Assembly: GCA_002269645.1 (NCBI GenBank)
Contig: NIVC01003155.1
Coordinates: 1-36,507 of the forward strand
Length of the DNA stretch: 36,507 nt
Source of the DNA: Macrostomum lignano
Taxonomy: Eukaryota
Reading direction: 5' to 3'
The notes under the pieces are model-generated. The model was not told the origin of the DNA, did not search any database, and saw nothing but the letters and a program-made list of their open reading frames with translations. Below, in pieces: positions 21,001-32,200 of this stretch. Each line of letters starts with the position of its first letter. The stretch's first letter is position 1. Position numbers and translations under genes: made by a program.

Positions 21001-23849
21001 AATGAAGATAGTACATCCTCTAATGAAGATGATCCATCCTCTAATGAAGATAGTCCATCCTCTAATGAAGATAGTCCATCCTCTAATGAAGATAGTCCAT
21101 CCTCTAATGAAGATAGTCCATCCTCTAATGAAGATAGTCCATCCTCTAATGAAGATAGTCCATCATATAATGAAGATAGTCCATCCTCTAATGAAGATAG
21201 TCCATCCTCTAATGAAGATAGTCCATCCTCTAATGAAGATAGTCCATCATATAATGAAGATAGTCCATCCTCTAATGAAGATGATCCATCCTCTAATGAA
21301 GATGATCCATCCTCTAATGAAGATAGTCCATCCTCTAATGAAGATAGTCCATCCTCTAATGAAGATAGTCCATCCTCTAATGAAGATAGTCCATCCTCTA
21401 ATGAAGATAGTCCATCCTCTAATGAAGATGATCCATCCTCTAATGAAGATAGTCCATCCTCTAATGAAGATAGTCCATCCTCTAATGAAGATAGTCCATC
21501 ATATAATGAAGATAGTCCATCCTCTAATGAAGATAGTCCATCCTCTAATGAAGATAGTCCATCCTCAAATGAAGATAGTCCATCCTCTAATGAAGATAGT
21601 CCATCCTCTAATGAAGATAGTCCATCATATAATGAAGATAGTACATCCTCTAATGAAGATGATCCATCCTCTAATGAAGATAGTCCATCCTCTAATGAAG
21701 ATAGTCCATCCTCTAATGAAGATAGTCCATCCTCTAATGAAGATAGTCCATCCTCTAATGAAGATAGTCCATCCTCTAATGAAGATAGTCCATCATATAA
21801 TGAAGATAGTCCATCCTCTAATGAAGATAGTCCATCCTCTAATGAAGATAGTCCATCCTCTAATGAAGATAGTCCATCCTCTAATGAAGATAGTCCATCA
21901 TATAATGAAGATAGTCCATCCTCTAATGAAGATGATCCATCCTCTAATGAAGATGATCCATCCTCTAATGAAGATAGTCCATCCTGTAATGAAGATAGTC
22001 CATCCTCTAATGAAGATAGTCCATCCTCTAATGAAGATAGTCCATCCTCTAATGAAGATAGTCCATCCTCTAATGAAGATGATCCATCCTCTAATGAAGA
22101 TTGAAGATTAAAGTCCATCCTCTAATGAAACAGCGCAATATTAAAAGCCGGTCAACTCACCTGATCAATTAAGTCGCCAACCGCAGGCAGCCTGGAGTCG
22201 GGCTCGTGCTCCAGCCACTGCACCACAGCGAAGAACACCAGGTACTCGCCAGCAACGCGAAGCCGATTGTCGCCCAGCAGGTCGGATAGCTGAGCGGCGG
22301 TCAGACGCTGCAAGGCGCCGCATCGGCACAGATCCTCAAAGTTCTCCAACAGAAAGGTACGAACATTTGAGCCGAACTCGTCGAGGCAGTAGAGCTCACT
22401 GAGGTTGAGCAGTTCTACGCAGTTATCAAGGGACAGGGCCAGCTGAAGAAAGCGAATGCAGAGCTGCACTGCCTCGCTGATCTGGATTGCAAAAAAACAA
22501 TAAGTATATGATACATGAAAGTTAAGATATGAAATGTATGGAAGACTTAATCTGCAACTGAGGTTGAGATTTTGGGGTTTTTGAGATTTTGGATTCTGCA
22601 ACAGGGATTTTGGATTCTGCAACAGGGATTTTGCATTCTGCAACTGGGGTTTTTGAGATTTTGAATTCTGCAACAGGGATTTTGGATTCTGCAACTGGGA
22701 TTTTGGATTCTGCAACTGGGATTTTGAATTCTGCAACAGGGATTTTGGATTCTGCAACTGGGATTTTGGATTCTGCAACAGGGATTTTGAATTCTGCAAC
22801 AGGGATTTTGGATTCTGCAACTGGGATTTTGGATTCTGCAACAGGGATTTTGCATTCTGCAACTGGGGTTTTTGAGATTTTGGATTCTGCAACAGGGATT
22901 TTGGATTCTGCAACTGGGGTTTTTTTAGAATTTAGATTCTGCAACTGGGATTTTGCATTCTGCAACTGGGGTTTTTGAGATTTTAGATTCTGCAACTGGG
23001 ATTTTGGATTCTGCAACAGAGATTTTGAATTCTGCAACTGGGATTTTGAATTCTGCAACTGGGATTTTGAATTCTGCAACTGGGATTTTGGATTCTGCAA
23101 CAGGGATTTTGGATTCTGCAACTGGGATTTTGGATTCTGCAACTGGAACTTCGCATTCTGCAACTGAATGCGATGCAAAGGTTTCGAATCGCCATTATCT
23201 GGGAATTCGAAACTGATATGCAACCACTTTGAACCTAAAGGCTGGAAACTGGACAATTAATTATAAAGCACACCTGAAGATGCGACGCCGTATTGAGAAT
23301 ATCCTCAGCCCGATCAACTGATAGAGCCAACGAGCCGGTGTACACGAACTCCAGCACAGCCTGCAGGCCCTCGGCGGTGACGCCTTTAAGCTCCAGGCAA
23401 GAGGCTCCGGCTTCGCGCATGCCTGAACTGAATGCGGCCCTGAAATAGTCGCTGCTAGCCACCAGCACGTTTTTATGCACGGGAAACTGGACCCCGCCAG
23501 CGCTGAGGGTCAGGTCGCAGTAGTCTGAGCATAGCCTGAGCAGGTTGAGCTGGGACAGCAGCTTGGCCGGATAGCCAGCGGCCGACACCATGCGACTCTC
23601 TTGGCCAGCTTTGAAGCACTTTTCTGATGATGTGGCTGCACCACCACAGCCGCCGCTTGTTGACAATGGTGAGACTCCGCCAGCGCTTGGTGCCCTACTA
23701 GTCTCGGGCCAACACTTCCTGCGGGACCCTAGGCCACCAAGAACCAGAGGCTGCTGCTGCTGAAGCAACAGAGATGGTGGCTGCTGAGAATCAGCAACTG
23801 CCTGCTGCTCAGCCTGCAGCAGCTGCTGGTTAGCACCTTCCATCTCCAT
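18068..23849 (-). CDS. BTB-BACK-Kelch protein (KLHL family; KLHL9/13/26-like), ~648 aa, 4 coding exons
   Basis: Exons 23849-23274, 22481-22161, 20412-19814 and 18518-18068, all GT-AG and phase-consistent (1947 nt). BTB: DYCDLTLSAGGVQFPVHKNVLVASSDYFRAAFSSGMRE. BACK: LSLDNCVELL...EYLVFFAVVQWLEHE. Linker: QPVMQTPRTRVR. Kelch blades: LYACGG..RYDPRFDAW, LMAIGG, VFVSGG..YEPDSELW, LFVLGG..YNSIADQW, IYIAGG. Exact ortholog not resolvable by eye. Confidence 0.92.
18680..19750. repeat. Polypyrimidine/polypurine compound repeat in Kelch intron 3
   Basis: (tctcctatc(ttcc)2-4c)n over ~1.07 kb, almost only C and T on the plus strand. Confidence 0.95.
20517..22128. repeat. 21-bp minisatellite in Kelch coding intron 2 (~76 copies, 630-bp higher-order duplication)
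   Basis: Unit ctaatgaagatagtccatcct. Rare variants recur 630 bp apart: tcctcaaat at ~20932 and ~21562, gtacatcc at ~21011 and ~21641. Confidence 0.95.
22566..23163. repeat. 21-bp minisatellite in Kelch coding intron 1
   Basis: Unit ggattttggattctgcaac(t/a)g, with occasional ggggtttttgagatttt spacer variants. Confidence 0.95.
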
Positions 23850-23850
23850 G

Positions 23851-25172
23851 CTGGTACAGAAAAATCAGCAAGGTAGGTCTGGTAGGATGCAATACATGAT
23901 GCTAAGACAAGACCCAGATCTTATTAAACATATAAAATTAGGACTAAAACAATGGAGGTAGGTTGTAATCCCAGTCCTAAAATCTTAGGATCCAATAAAC
24001 AATTATAGTTCCAAAAATGCATGCTTATATATTAGATACTCTAGAGTAGAAGATAGGGATCTTTAATAGTTGATCCAACTCTAAAATTATCTTAAAGTCC
24101 CAGGATTTTAACAAAAAGGACCTCAATTTTGCCTAATCCCCAGGTTTTTAATCTTATTTAAGTGTCAGGTGATGCTTTATACAACTTTATTAATATAGAT
24201 TTGGCAATATTATAATGTAACAATCAATGCCATAGATCACATAATTTTTAAAGATTTATAAATTCCTTTTTATATTCCTTAAGAGGCTTAATCTTTATGA
24301 CTATTGTCTAGATAATTGAAGCCATCATAAAGCTATAAAAATTATATTTTTATCTAAAATACTTTTGAGAAAAAAATTGATTTATTAATTTTTTATCATT
24401 GGTGCTAGGCACTATATTTTACTTAATAACTTTGAAAAGTTAGAGCAACTATCATTAATAACAAAATTTATTGTCAGTAAAGAAAAAAGACTTTTTTTTA
24501 TTAAATAAACATCTAAAAATTGGCTAATTTCAAAATATTAATACTAATATTAGTAGTTAAGCTTCTATCTAATATCTAGTAACTAAGTAACATAGCCAGG
24601 ATAATGTTTAAGGGCTATGGGGATAATGTTTTACCTTAAAAATGATAAAAAAAGCAAAAAATAAAAGGAAATTTTAAAAAATATGGTTTCTATGGCAATA
24701 TGGCATTAGAGCTATAGCTTATAGATAGATATAGGGCCTATAAGAATTTTGATATCTTAAATCTAATTCTAGTATAACTAGGCCTCAGTTTAAAAATTAG
24801 TATATATGGTCACTAAAAAATAGCCAATAAAAACATGCAAAAATTTTAATAGTAAGCATAAGCTTTTTAATAGTAAAAGTGTAATCTTTAATTAATCTTT
24901 TAGAACATTTTAGCTTGTCAATATTCAATTTTTTTTGGGGTTATGCATAAGCCATAATATTCAAATCAAAGGAATTGCCATTGGCTACATTTGTAGACAT
25001 AGTCATAAGCATGTAGTCCAAGGACTACTCAAGTATTGACATTACTAGTAGTCCTCCAGTTGAGCAGTCCTTGATTTAGTCTAGTCTATGACTATATAGG
25101 CCTAGAACTCTTAGACTAGAAATGATAGGAGGTAGGAGCCACTAATTCCTAGTGGGCTAAAGCAAAACTTAC
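23851..25172 (-). other. Putative 5'-UTR intron of the Kelch gene
   Basis: Minus-strand GTAAGT donor at 25172-25167 and acceptor gatttttctgtaccAG at 23852-23851, one base before the ATG. The pairing is inferred; a trans-splice acceptor is an alternative explanation. Confidence 0.45.
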
Positions 25173-25199
25173 TTTTGGGTTAGGCCCAGTTAGCCCTCT

Positions 25200-26244
25200 C
25201 GTATAATCAACCTACAAACTGCATCACCATTCACCAAGATTCTGGCGAATAATTAATTGCTATACTTAGGCCCTAGGCCTATAGTTCAAATTATTACTGT
25301 TTAGGGCTTTTAAGGCTAAGGCTAACTACCGCTACCGCAGCTGATTCATATGCAAAAGCTGAGCTTTCCTTTCCAGAAGCAATTCGAAAATAATACTTAA
25401 AGCTAGGAATCTTGCAGTTCTTCTCCAATCTGGACAGGAGACTTATATTTTTTCGCAGTCAAGCCCATGCATACCGGCCCTCGGATGCGAAGTGTTATAA
25501 ATATAACTTCATCACTACTTTTCCTTCGACTTCATTGTGTGATAGCCGATAGGCATTATCTAGCTATTTGACGGTGTAAGCACTAAGCACAGTACTGTTT
25601 CATGTAGCTAGACTGAAAAGATCGAAAGCTAGACCGAATTCTTATTTTGGGTAAAATGCTTCAATTCAATGCTTTTTGAAATGGAATCACAGGTTTAATA
25701 GACACTTAGAATTATAGAATTACACTTAGATAACTCAGAATTGATCCAAGACTAGCTAAATTTACACAAAATCAATTAATTAACCACACAATAGCAGAAT
25801 CTGAAGTAGTGAAAGAAATAATAATTTCAAACACTGCTTTCATTCTAATGCATTTAATGAAACACAATGTAGCGTAGCCTGTGTGCAACAGGCAACAGCA
25901 TAGTTGCTTTTATTGATATTATATATATATCAATAAATAAAATTATCTTATATGTTTTCTTAAAATCTCACTATTTCATTTATATCAGCAAAAGGGAACG
26001 CTAAAATATAATGGCCAAAAATGTCGTTATAACCTCGTAAAACTTTTTCAGTTATCGTTTTTGCTTGAAGAATATTTCTATGAAACCAATCTCTCAACAG
26101 ACCACACAGACACAGTTAATCTACCTAGACTATCTTTTCGTAGTGAATCTTGATTATAGACTTGCATTTGTTCTTTCTTACTTGACTATGTGTCACTCTC
26201 TTAACTAAATTTTTCTATATATGAATTTTAATTATCTATGAATA
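25200..26244. promoter_or_regulatory. Putative bidirectional promoter / 5' region shared by the Kelch and syntaxin genes
   Basis: Lies between divergent starts (ATG 23849 on -, ATG 26245 on +) and retains about 20 CpGs while both flanks are CpG-void. No transcription start site can be fixed from sequence. Confidence 0.45.
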
Positions 26245-29200
26245 ATGACAAAGGATAGGCTATTAGATTTCAAGCAAGCTAGAGGAACAACTGGCTATGT
26301 AAGTTTTCAATTTCTTGATTTTTCTCAGCTACCCCTCCCTAACCCGTGTGTATAAGTAAATTTATATATTTGATTCATATTTTGCTGTGATATTTAATGC
26401 ACTTTATTTATTTAGTGTATGATGTGGGAATTGTAATGTTAGTTTTAAATTTAAATTATGAATTTTCTGTTTTATTTGTTCAAGTTCAGCTGGTTCAACT
26501 AGTTAAACTGTTTCAACTAGTTTTTGTTATTAATACACTACTAAGTTATAGAACTAGATGGAAATTTGTACAAGTAATGCCTATGTAGTATTATAATATT
26601 TTTAGGTATATTTTATGATTTTTTATTACAAACAGTATATTTAATTTGTATATGTACAGATTTTTATTGTTGTTTATATTAACTCTTAACATAACATTTA
26701 ATTACACATACAAATATACCCAACAACAGTTAAAATTTCTTTCCACAAGCTAAATGTATTTTATTTACTTTTTACTATGCATTTCAAATGAGAAGTTATT
26801 TCTCTATATGCAATTTATACAGGTAGAACTTTTAAATGTTTCTGAGTATATATATTTTGTAGTTGCTACTTTATTGCTTATTCTCAAGAATTAAAGTCAT
26901 TGTTTTAATTTTAATATTATAAATATGATAATTATATATTTAATAATTGTCTAGACCAAATATATACCCTATATATATATATTTATAAAAATAAAAATAT
27001 GTATAATATGTATAGATTATAAAAAATTGCTATATCCTTATCTGCGATTATAATAATTTTCAAATTAAAGAAAAAATAGAAAATACTGTAATGAAAATAT
27101 CACTAAATAGCTTTAAGATTATATGTGTGATACTCAATAAAAGTTTGAAACATTGAAAAAAGTAATATATTTTTAATGGACTTAAATACCAAAGTAATCA
27201 ACAACTAGTCTTATTATTATATAAATTTGTTACTAAAATATTGCTATTCCCTAAGCTTTTGTATGACCTTAAATATGTTATTATAGAATATCCTACTTTA
27301 TATTTTAACATTTAAGAATCTACCTTAGAGTCTAAGCTATTTTTTTGCTAGACTAATAGTTATTTATTGTTCATGTTTATACTTTACAAACAGATTTAGT
27401 TTATGTGCAAGTTGTTCCAATTTTCTTGGCTATTTTATTTCAAAACTTAATAAACCTGACTTTTTGTAATTAAAAAATTTTAGTGAGCATATCAAAAAAG
27501 ATAATATATATCTTGATGGAGATAAATAATCTGCTTCATTGCAGATTATGTCAAGCTTTTTATCTAGGAATAGTATATGCAAAAATATGTACAAAACTGA
27601 GAGTCATTAAAATTGCAGCTTTATTATGCATATTTGTTATAGTACAACTATTGGTATTATTATTATTATTATAACCAGGTGGCAGACGATGATGGGCACT
27701 CAGACCCCGGTGCCGACGATCATGCGTCCATCCCGATGGAGAAGGGCGGCGGCTTTATGGACGAATTCTTCGAACAGGTCGAGGGCATCCGTCAGATGAT
27801 TGACAAAATACAGGAGCATGTCAACGATGTGAAAATGAAGCACTCGTCAATCTTGGCGTCGCCTAATCAGGACGAGAGTGAGTTGTCCGACTGCTCATAA
27901 GTATTATGGGAATGTGATTGATGCTCGATCCTCAGGCTGAGCCACCAACCTCTCAGATCCTCAGGCTGAGCCACCAACTTCCCAGATCCTCAGGCTGAGC
28001 CACCAACCTCTCAGATCCTCAGGCTGAGCCACCAACTTCTCAGATCCTCAGGCTGAGCCACCAACTTCTCAGATCCTCAGGCTGAGCCACCAACTTCTCA
28101 GATCCTCAGGCTGAGCCACCAACTTCTCAGATCCTTAGGCTGAGCCATTAACTTCTCAGATCCTCAGGCTGAGCCACCAACTTCTCAGATCCTCAGGCTG
28201 AGCCACCAACTTCTCAGATCCTTAGGCTGAGCCATTAACTTCTCAGATCCTCAGGCTGAGCCACCAACTTCCCAGATCCTCAGGCTGAGCCACCAACTTC
28301 TCAGATCCTCAGGCTGAGCCACCAACTTTTCAGATCCTCAGGCTGAGCCACCAACTTCTCAGATCCTCAGGCTGAGCCATTAACTTCTCAGATCCTCAGG
28401 CTGAGCCACCAACTTCCCAGATCCTCAGGCTGAGCCACCAACTTCTCAGATCCTCAGGCTGAGCCATTAACTTCTCAGATCCTCAGGCTGAGCCACCAAC
28501 TTCTCAGATCCTCAGGCTGAGCCATTAACTTCTCAGATCCTTAGGCTGAGCCACCAACCTCTCAGATCCTCAGGCTGAGCCACCAACTTCTCAGATCTTC
28601 AGGCTGAGCCACCACCTTCCCATATCCTTAGGCTGAGCCACTAACTTATCAGATCCTCAGGCTGAGCCACCAACTTCCCAGATCCTTAGGCTGAGCCACC
28701 AACTTCCCAGATGCTTAGGCTGAGCCACCACCTTCCCAGATCCTTAGGCTGAGCCACCAACTTCCCAGATCCTTGGGCTGAGCCACCACCTTCCCAGATC
28801 CTTAGGCTGAGCCACCAACCTCTCAGATCCTTAGGCTGAGCCACCAACTTCTCAGATCCTCAGGCTGAGCCACCAACTTATCAGATCCTCAGGCTGAGCC
28901 ACCAACTTCCCAGATCCTTAGACTGAGCCACCAACTTCCCAGATGCTTAGGCTGAGCCACCACCTTCCCAGATCCTTAGGCTGAGCCACCAACTTCCCAG
29001 ATCCTTGGGCTGAGCCACCACCTTCCCAGATCTTTAGGCTGAGCCACCAACCTCTCAGATCCTTAGGCTGAGCCACCAACTTCTCAGATCCTCAGGCTGA
29101 GCCACCAACTTCTCAGATCCTCAGGCTGAGCCACCAACTTCTCAGATCCTTAGGCTGAGCCACCAACTTCTCAGATCCTTAGGCTGAGCCACCAACTTCT

Positions 29201-32200
29201 CAGATCCTTAGGCTGAGCCACCAACTTCTCAGATCCTCAGGCTGAGCCACCAACTTCTCAGATCCTTAGGCTGAGCCACCAACTTCTCAGATCCTTAGGT
29301 AGCTCTATCGTCATATACTCTTCCCAGTTCATTGCTCTAAAATAGTTTTCTATTTTACGATTTTAAATATGTGAAAACTCAGACTAAGGAACAGCTCTCT
29401 CCCTCTGGTAATTTATTGTCCTCTATTTATGCTCGTAATTAATTTTTAACTAGTCTTCATTTTCATATTTTGCAGAGATGAAGGAGGAGCTGGAAGAGCT
29501 GATGTCCGAGGTCAAGAAGGATGCCAACAAGGTCCGGGGAAAACTCAAAGGTGAGTATTTTCGATTTTTTTTGCAAGAGTATTGTAATGGAGATGAGCAC
29601 AGATAGCTTAGGCTGGTCATATTTACAATAATATTATTATCTGTTAGTTGGATTCAATGTTTTCCATGTGCATATGAACAAATTGCAGTCATCGAGCAGA
29701 ACATCGAACAGGAGGAGACTAATAACAGCTCTTCAGCTGATTTGAGAATTCGCAAAACACAGGTGAGTAGTCTTGGGTGGCGGGACTTTTTTAATAAACT
29801 TCCCAGCTGCTTTTGGTGCCTATTGGGATCTGGAACCTATTCTATTTAGATTCAAGTGTCGCTAGATTGAAAATGACATATCGATTTCAACTTTTCTCAG
29901 TGTTGACTGGCTTCTTGTATTCGTTTATTTAAAATTCCGGAGCAATTCGATACCGCAGTCTGATGCGTTAGTTGAGCTCAGTTATTTGTGTAAATATTAA
30001 ACGCCATTAGATGATCTCCGTGCTGCACAGTTTAAAGGAATTACTTCAGGTCCCCTGGTGGTGCGGGGAAACTGGGGCGAGAATAAAATTCCTCGTCTGG
30101 TTTTGTGCTTTGACTGGCTGACTTGCCGCAACTTGTGTGTGTGTGGGAAGAGTGTAAGGCAGGGGAGAGTGAGTGAAAGCTTTGGAGGGGGGGGGTACAA
30201 TGGCGAGTAGCCGGTGCTTTTAGGGGTACTTTCTGTTTAAGCCTCATAAAATCCCCTTTGCCGCCATCTATTCGCCCTCCTATCCCCTCTCCTGCTGGGT
30301 TGAGCGGGAAGCAGAGCTGTTGGGAGGGCAGGAGTTCCCATGCAGCGTCTCCTTTCCTGAGCTGGACTCCCCTCTCCGAGCTCTGCAGCGAGCTGCCAGT
30401 TCTCTCTTTCTCTTATTTCTCCTGGGCGAGAGAAAGAGAGGGAGAGAAAGAGGGGGAGGCCGCGGGTGTCGGACCTGGCGCACGCGAAGGGCCCGCAGGC
30501 TGGGGGGGGGGCTGGAAGAGAGCCGTTGGGAGGTCGGACTTGGGAAGTATAGGAAAAAGAGAGAGAGGGGAAGCTACTCTTTGGAGAACTGCTGCTGCTG
30601 CTGCTGCTTCTAGCTAACTGCTTACTCTCTCAAACTGGTCTGAAATCCCATTCTATGAGGAAGCTTTAGCTGCGGGTGTGTGGTGGGTATTTTTTTATTC
30701 CCACCTACAGGCAGTACTCACCTCTCTTCTCCATCCCTGCCCTGTTCAATCGGGCTGCTCGCTCGCTCAGGCATTCGTTCAGTCAAGTGTTCTGACTCGC
30801 GATCAGTCTTGTGGGGGTCCATAGCTGACTAGGAACCCATGCTCGATTTTGTTTGTTTAACTTTTGCTAGTATAGATTGCTTTCACCCAGTCTGAGCAGT
30901 GTTCTCTATAGCTGGCCAGTGTCTACGTCTATTTGTGAGCAGCAGCTTATTACTATTTCAGGCCTTGGTTCAATAGCGCGAAGAGTTCGAGTCGAGAGAA
31001 CGAAGGTGCATCGAGACTGGAGAGGGGTAGGAAGGCTGCTGCTGTGTTGGATTGGATTGGGAGAGGCGGGCGCCCACCAGATTATGATTTGGCTCCCTCT
31101 GGTGGCCCTGCTATTGATTGATGCGCACTGCTTTCTCTCTCTCTCTGGGCGATGGCGGATTGGCAACTCGAGATGTGTTCCCTGGGCCTTCGTTAGTAGA
31201 ATGAGTTTGTGTGCGTGCGCGAGAGCTGCGGCTGCAGCAGTTTATTTGGATTTCCTCGCCCCCCTCCCTTCCAATTCAATCCAGCTCTTAAGGAGCAGGA
31301 GGTGGGGGTGAGGCGTCGGATCTTCCTCCTCATCTTGGACTCCACCCCCTGCGGTCCAGCCTCCAAAACATGCTTACACTGTTGAGCCCCCGGCTTATTG
31401 TGTTAAGGCCAGCCTGCCTGTCCATCTATTCGCCTTCGCTTCTCTCCGCTGGCGCCTTGAGTTGGCCACAGGGGTGCACAGGCTCTCCCTATCTCTCTAT
31501 CGGTCTCTCCGTACTTTATATTGATTTCTTTTGCATAAAATAATCTTAAATTCTATTGCCGGCGAGCGAGAGCTGGCTGGGAAGGCTTAGCGCCAACCCC
31601 CCCTCTCATGGGAAGCCAGCCCGGGAGAGTAAGGGTGGACCGGGCGATGCTTATAATTTTTTCAAAATATTGAACGCCATTCGAATCAATGGGAGTTAAG
31701 TATTTTTTCATTTCTTAAAATGGTCGCGCATTGTGATTTTTTTAATTTTAGTATTCAACAATCTCGCGCAAGTTCATCGAGGTAATGAGCGACTATAACA
31801 AAGCGCAAATCGATTATCGCGACGCGTGTAAGGGAAGGATTAAGAGACAGATGGAGATAGGTAAATCTGATGCGGTCTTGCGTATGCATGCATGATAGTA
31901 TCTGCCACACTGGTATATATCTACACACTATGCTGCTGCGATACATTTAGGCTCACTGTTTCCTCCATTTCAATTAATAATATTAGTTACAATATGTATT
32001 AGCTTACCAGCATTTTATTTTCTGTCTAAATAGAATTTTTCTGTTCATTTTATTATTTATATGGAAGCCTTAAATTAACAATGCATGCAACTGGGTATTT
32101 TAGATGTACAAAAAAGCAAATTTGTTATGCACTTTAATTATTGATTGCATTCATATGTTCTCTATAGTTTCAATGAGACACGCACGCACACACCAACTAT

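Noticed and set aside
20519-22111. 530-aa plus-strand (MKIVHPL)n ORF
   Set aside because: It is another reading of the same 21-bp array, antisense to the Kelch intron.
22482-23273. Kelch coding intron 1 is 792 nt (a multiple of 3) and carries a 244-aa repeat ORF; possible retention
   Set aside because: The exon-1 frame hits a stop at 23237-23235, and the repeat ORF is in a different frame.
23880-25190. Decayed transposon or viral ORF in the CpG-free block
   Set aside because: Partial hand translation gave only short stop-riddled fragments with no recognisable motif; a BLASTX search is needed.
27927-29298. CRISPR-like array of 29-bp partly palindromic repeats
   Set aside because: Units are head-to-tail with no unique spacers, there are no cas genes, and the context is a eukaryotic intron. 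The same applies to all other arrays.
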